A stretch of 64,000 nucleotides of DNA from Parcubacteria group bacterium GW2011_GWA2_42_14 (GTDB taxonomy: Bacteria > Patescibacteriota > Minisyncoccia > Sungbacterales > GWA2-42-14). The DNA lies in NCBI GenBank assembly GCA_000998135.1, contig LCCV01000001.1:8958-72957 (forward strand), read 5' to 3'. Below the pieces are notes generated by a model that had not been told where the DNA came from, ran no database searches, and saw only the letters and a program-made list of their open reading frames with translations. Shown here piece by piece: positions 62,259 to 64,000 of the stretch (position 1 is its first letter; every line of letters begins with the position of its first letter). The position numbers and the translations under genes were made by a program.

Positions 62259-63401
62259 TCAGCTTCTAATAATATGCATTATCTCCCACCCAATTCCTAA
62301 TATAAACATTGCCGCTAGAGCATAAATTACTGTTTTTGATAAAGATAAAGAATACTCCGGAATTCTTTTGCCTAATTTTTTCGCTTTTTGAAATACCGCC
62401 AAAGTGAGAATAGCGTCAATTCCTCCGGTTACCGCTCCCAAAAAACCGATTATAACTATAAAATTAGCCACGCCCAAAACAAAAAGCAGTAACGGAAAAA
62501 AAGACGTTACGGCCCAGGAAACCCAATGGCGCATGCCAAAATCAAAATATAAAGTTTCTTTAAGCGTAAGTCCTATAACAATAAAGGATGTAAATGCGGC
62601 AAGAATCCCAACAACCATGCCAAGATTCAAAAGATAAGAAGGCAAAAACCCCATAACTCCCGAAAGAGCGTCAGGCGAAGTGTTTATTCCTGAAACACCG
62701 GCCACCGATAACGCAAAGAAAAAATAAAGAACAGCCGGAATGACAGTGCCGAAAATTATTATGAACTTAAGCAAACTGCCGGAGTTTTTGCCGACCAATG
62801 CTCTCACTTCCGGAACGGCAGTAGCCCCGGCCAAAGAAAAAAGCAAAACTCCATACGGAAGGAAAACATTATCAAAACTATAAAGAGGCGGGGTTATTTC
62901 ACGAAAATAAGGCAGCGCCCCAAAAACAAAATAAGCAAGAAAGCCCACCAATAAAGTATTGATTAATGTATCAATCAATCCCAACTGTCTGATGCTGAAA
63001 AAAATAAATACGGTTCCGGCGGCCCAGAAAATAATTTCGCCTCCGAAATTCGGCAAATTTAGAAGATTATTCAAAAATTTACCGCCAATCACGATATAAA
63101 CCAGCAAAGCCCCCATGAGCCCTATCAAATAAGAAAAAGACGAAAAAAACTTTAAGCGCTTTCCAAAATAAATATTTACGTAGCCGGGCAAGCGATGAAT
63201 GGTATCGGTTCGCAAAAGTATTTCGCCGTAAGCCAGATGAATAACGGTTAAAGCCGCCGTAATAATAAGAAGTTCCATGGCCCCTACGATAAAACCAGCT
63301 TTAGAAAACACAAAAGGGATGCCAAACATCCCCACGCCAATAATCGTTCCGGAAAGAAGAAACACCCCTTGAATAAATTTCTTATTAAAAAACTTAATCA
63401 T
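62259..63401 (-). CDS. Amino-acid permease-like transporter (aromatic amino acid / TnaB-Mtr-TyrP-type).
   Basis: Eleven predicted TM helices and the N-terminal GTIIGVGMFGIPFVFSKAGF motif. Confidence 0.5.
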   Translation of the reverse strand: MIKFFNKKFIQGVFLLSGTIIGVGMFGIPFVFSKAGFIVGAMELLIITAALTVIHLAYGEILLRTDTIHRLPGYVNIYFGKRLKFFSSFSYLIGLMGALLVYIVIGGKFLNNLLNLPNFGGEIIFWAAGTVFIFFSIRQLGLIDTLINTLLVGFLAYFVFGALPYFREITPPLYSFDNVFLPYGVLLFSLAGATAVPEVRALVGKNSGSLLKFIIIFGTVIPAVLYFFFALSVAGVSGINTSPDALSGVMGFLPSYLLNLGMVVGILAAFTSFIVIGLTLKETLYFDFGMRHWVSWAVTSFFPLLLFVLGVANFIVIIGFLGAVTGGIDAILTLAVFQKAKKLGKRIPEYSLSLSKTVIYALAAMFILGIGWEIMHIIRS

Positions 63402-63837
63402 TTTTATGAGCGCTATGAAAATACGGCTCAAACCATCTCAAAACCCTAAGAACAAAAATAGCAAGAAAAGAAGCAAAAATAGAAATCCAATACATTTTTA
63501 CCGCCACGCTCATGCCAACGGCGGCAGAAATCCAAAGACCGGCCGCGGTAGTTAACCCCTGAATCTCGTTAGCGCGAAGAAAAATCAGACCGGCGCCGAT
63601 AAAACCAATGCCCACAACGACCTGCGAGGCAATACGGGAAGGGTCAAAGCCCACGGGCGCGAATTCCCGAAAACCATAAATTGAAATTATGGTAAAAAGA
63701 CAGGCGCCCAATGACACCAAAGAATAAGTGCGAAGACCGGCGGCTTTGCCGTGAACTTCGCGCTCCATTCCTATACCCGCCCCCAAAAACATCGCGAGCG
63801 CCAATTGGAAGAAAAATTGTAGAGTTAATTCGTCCAA
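63394..63837 (-). CDS. MgtC/SapB family membrane protein.
   Basis: N-terminal LALAMFLGAGIGMEREVHGKAAGLRTYSLVSLGACLF is the MgtC signature. Confidence 0.85.
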   Translation of the reverse strand: MDELTLQFFFQLALAMFLGAGIGMEREVHGKAAGLRTYSLVSLGACLFTIISIYGFREFAPVGFDPSRIASQVVVGIGFIGAGLIFLRANEIQGLTTAAGLWISAAVGMSVAVKMYWISIFASFLAIFVLRVLRWFEPYFHSAHKND

Positions 63838-63937
63838 CCCTTTCGTAACCTATAACTTACAACAAACAACGTACAACACATAACATAATAAGTCGTTTGT
63901 TGTTGGTTATCGGTTGTTGGTTGTTAGTTAGGCCTTC

Positions 63938-64000
63938 TTGTATACTACATCTCCTTCCTTCGCCTTTCCGTCCACTTTAATCGCTACATCCTCTCCGGCT
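63938..64000 (-). CDS. C-terminal fragment of a gene that runs off the window edge.
   Basis: The reverse strand ends ...AGEDVAIKVDGKAKEGDVVYKKA followed by a stop. Confidence 0.3.

Overview
This window reads as a low-GC, coding-dense segment of a reduced (CPR/Patescibacteria-like) genome using the standard genetic code; that taxonomic placement is an inference from content, not something the sequence states. Most of it is housekeeping genes. Five aminoacyl-tRNA synthetase genes are present (leuS, metG, glyQS, ileS, argS), along with purF, smpB with an adjacent tmRNA, typA, infC-rpmI-rplT, ung, recO, a PolX/PHP polymerase, a P-type ATPase, a Zn/Mn ABC transporter, S8 and trypsin-like proteases, and several small nucleotide hydrolases. 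Six things stand out beyond ordinary annotation. (1) A roughly 1.6-kb GC-rich region at 52.7-54.3 kb has no coding signal but carries a consensus sigma70 promoter, dense nested GC hairpins with GNRA loops, and a strong intrinsic terminator. I read it as a candidate large structured ncRNA, or two shorter ones. (2) Several short repeat families are dispersed across the window and many copies sit in-frame inside essential genes (leuS, metG, ileS, argS, the PolX gene, a PHP-domain gene) and in the tmRNA, so the same peptide motifs recur in unrelated proteins. (3) LeuRS carries an internal Nudix-hydrolase domain and IleRS carries an internal histidine-phosphatase (PGAM-like) domain. (4) Directly downstream of the tmRNA lies a restriction-modification-like island with two beta-class DNA methyltransferases, one of them fused to a complete LexA repressor, and a tandem-duplicated PD-(D/E)xK nuclease. 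(5) A RelE/ParE toxin-antitoxin pair sits between two paralogous secreted-protein genes that share identical promoter and terminator sequences. (6) High-GC patches with strong Shine-Dalgarno sites (a SemiSWEET operon, a COG0701 permease) look horizontally acquired. I found no CRISPR array and no rRNA or tRNA genes.
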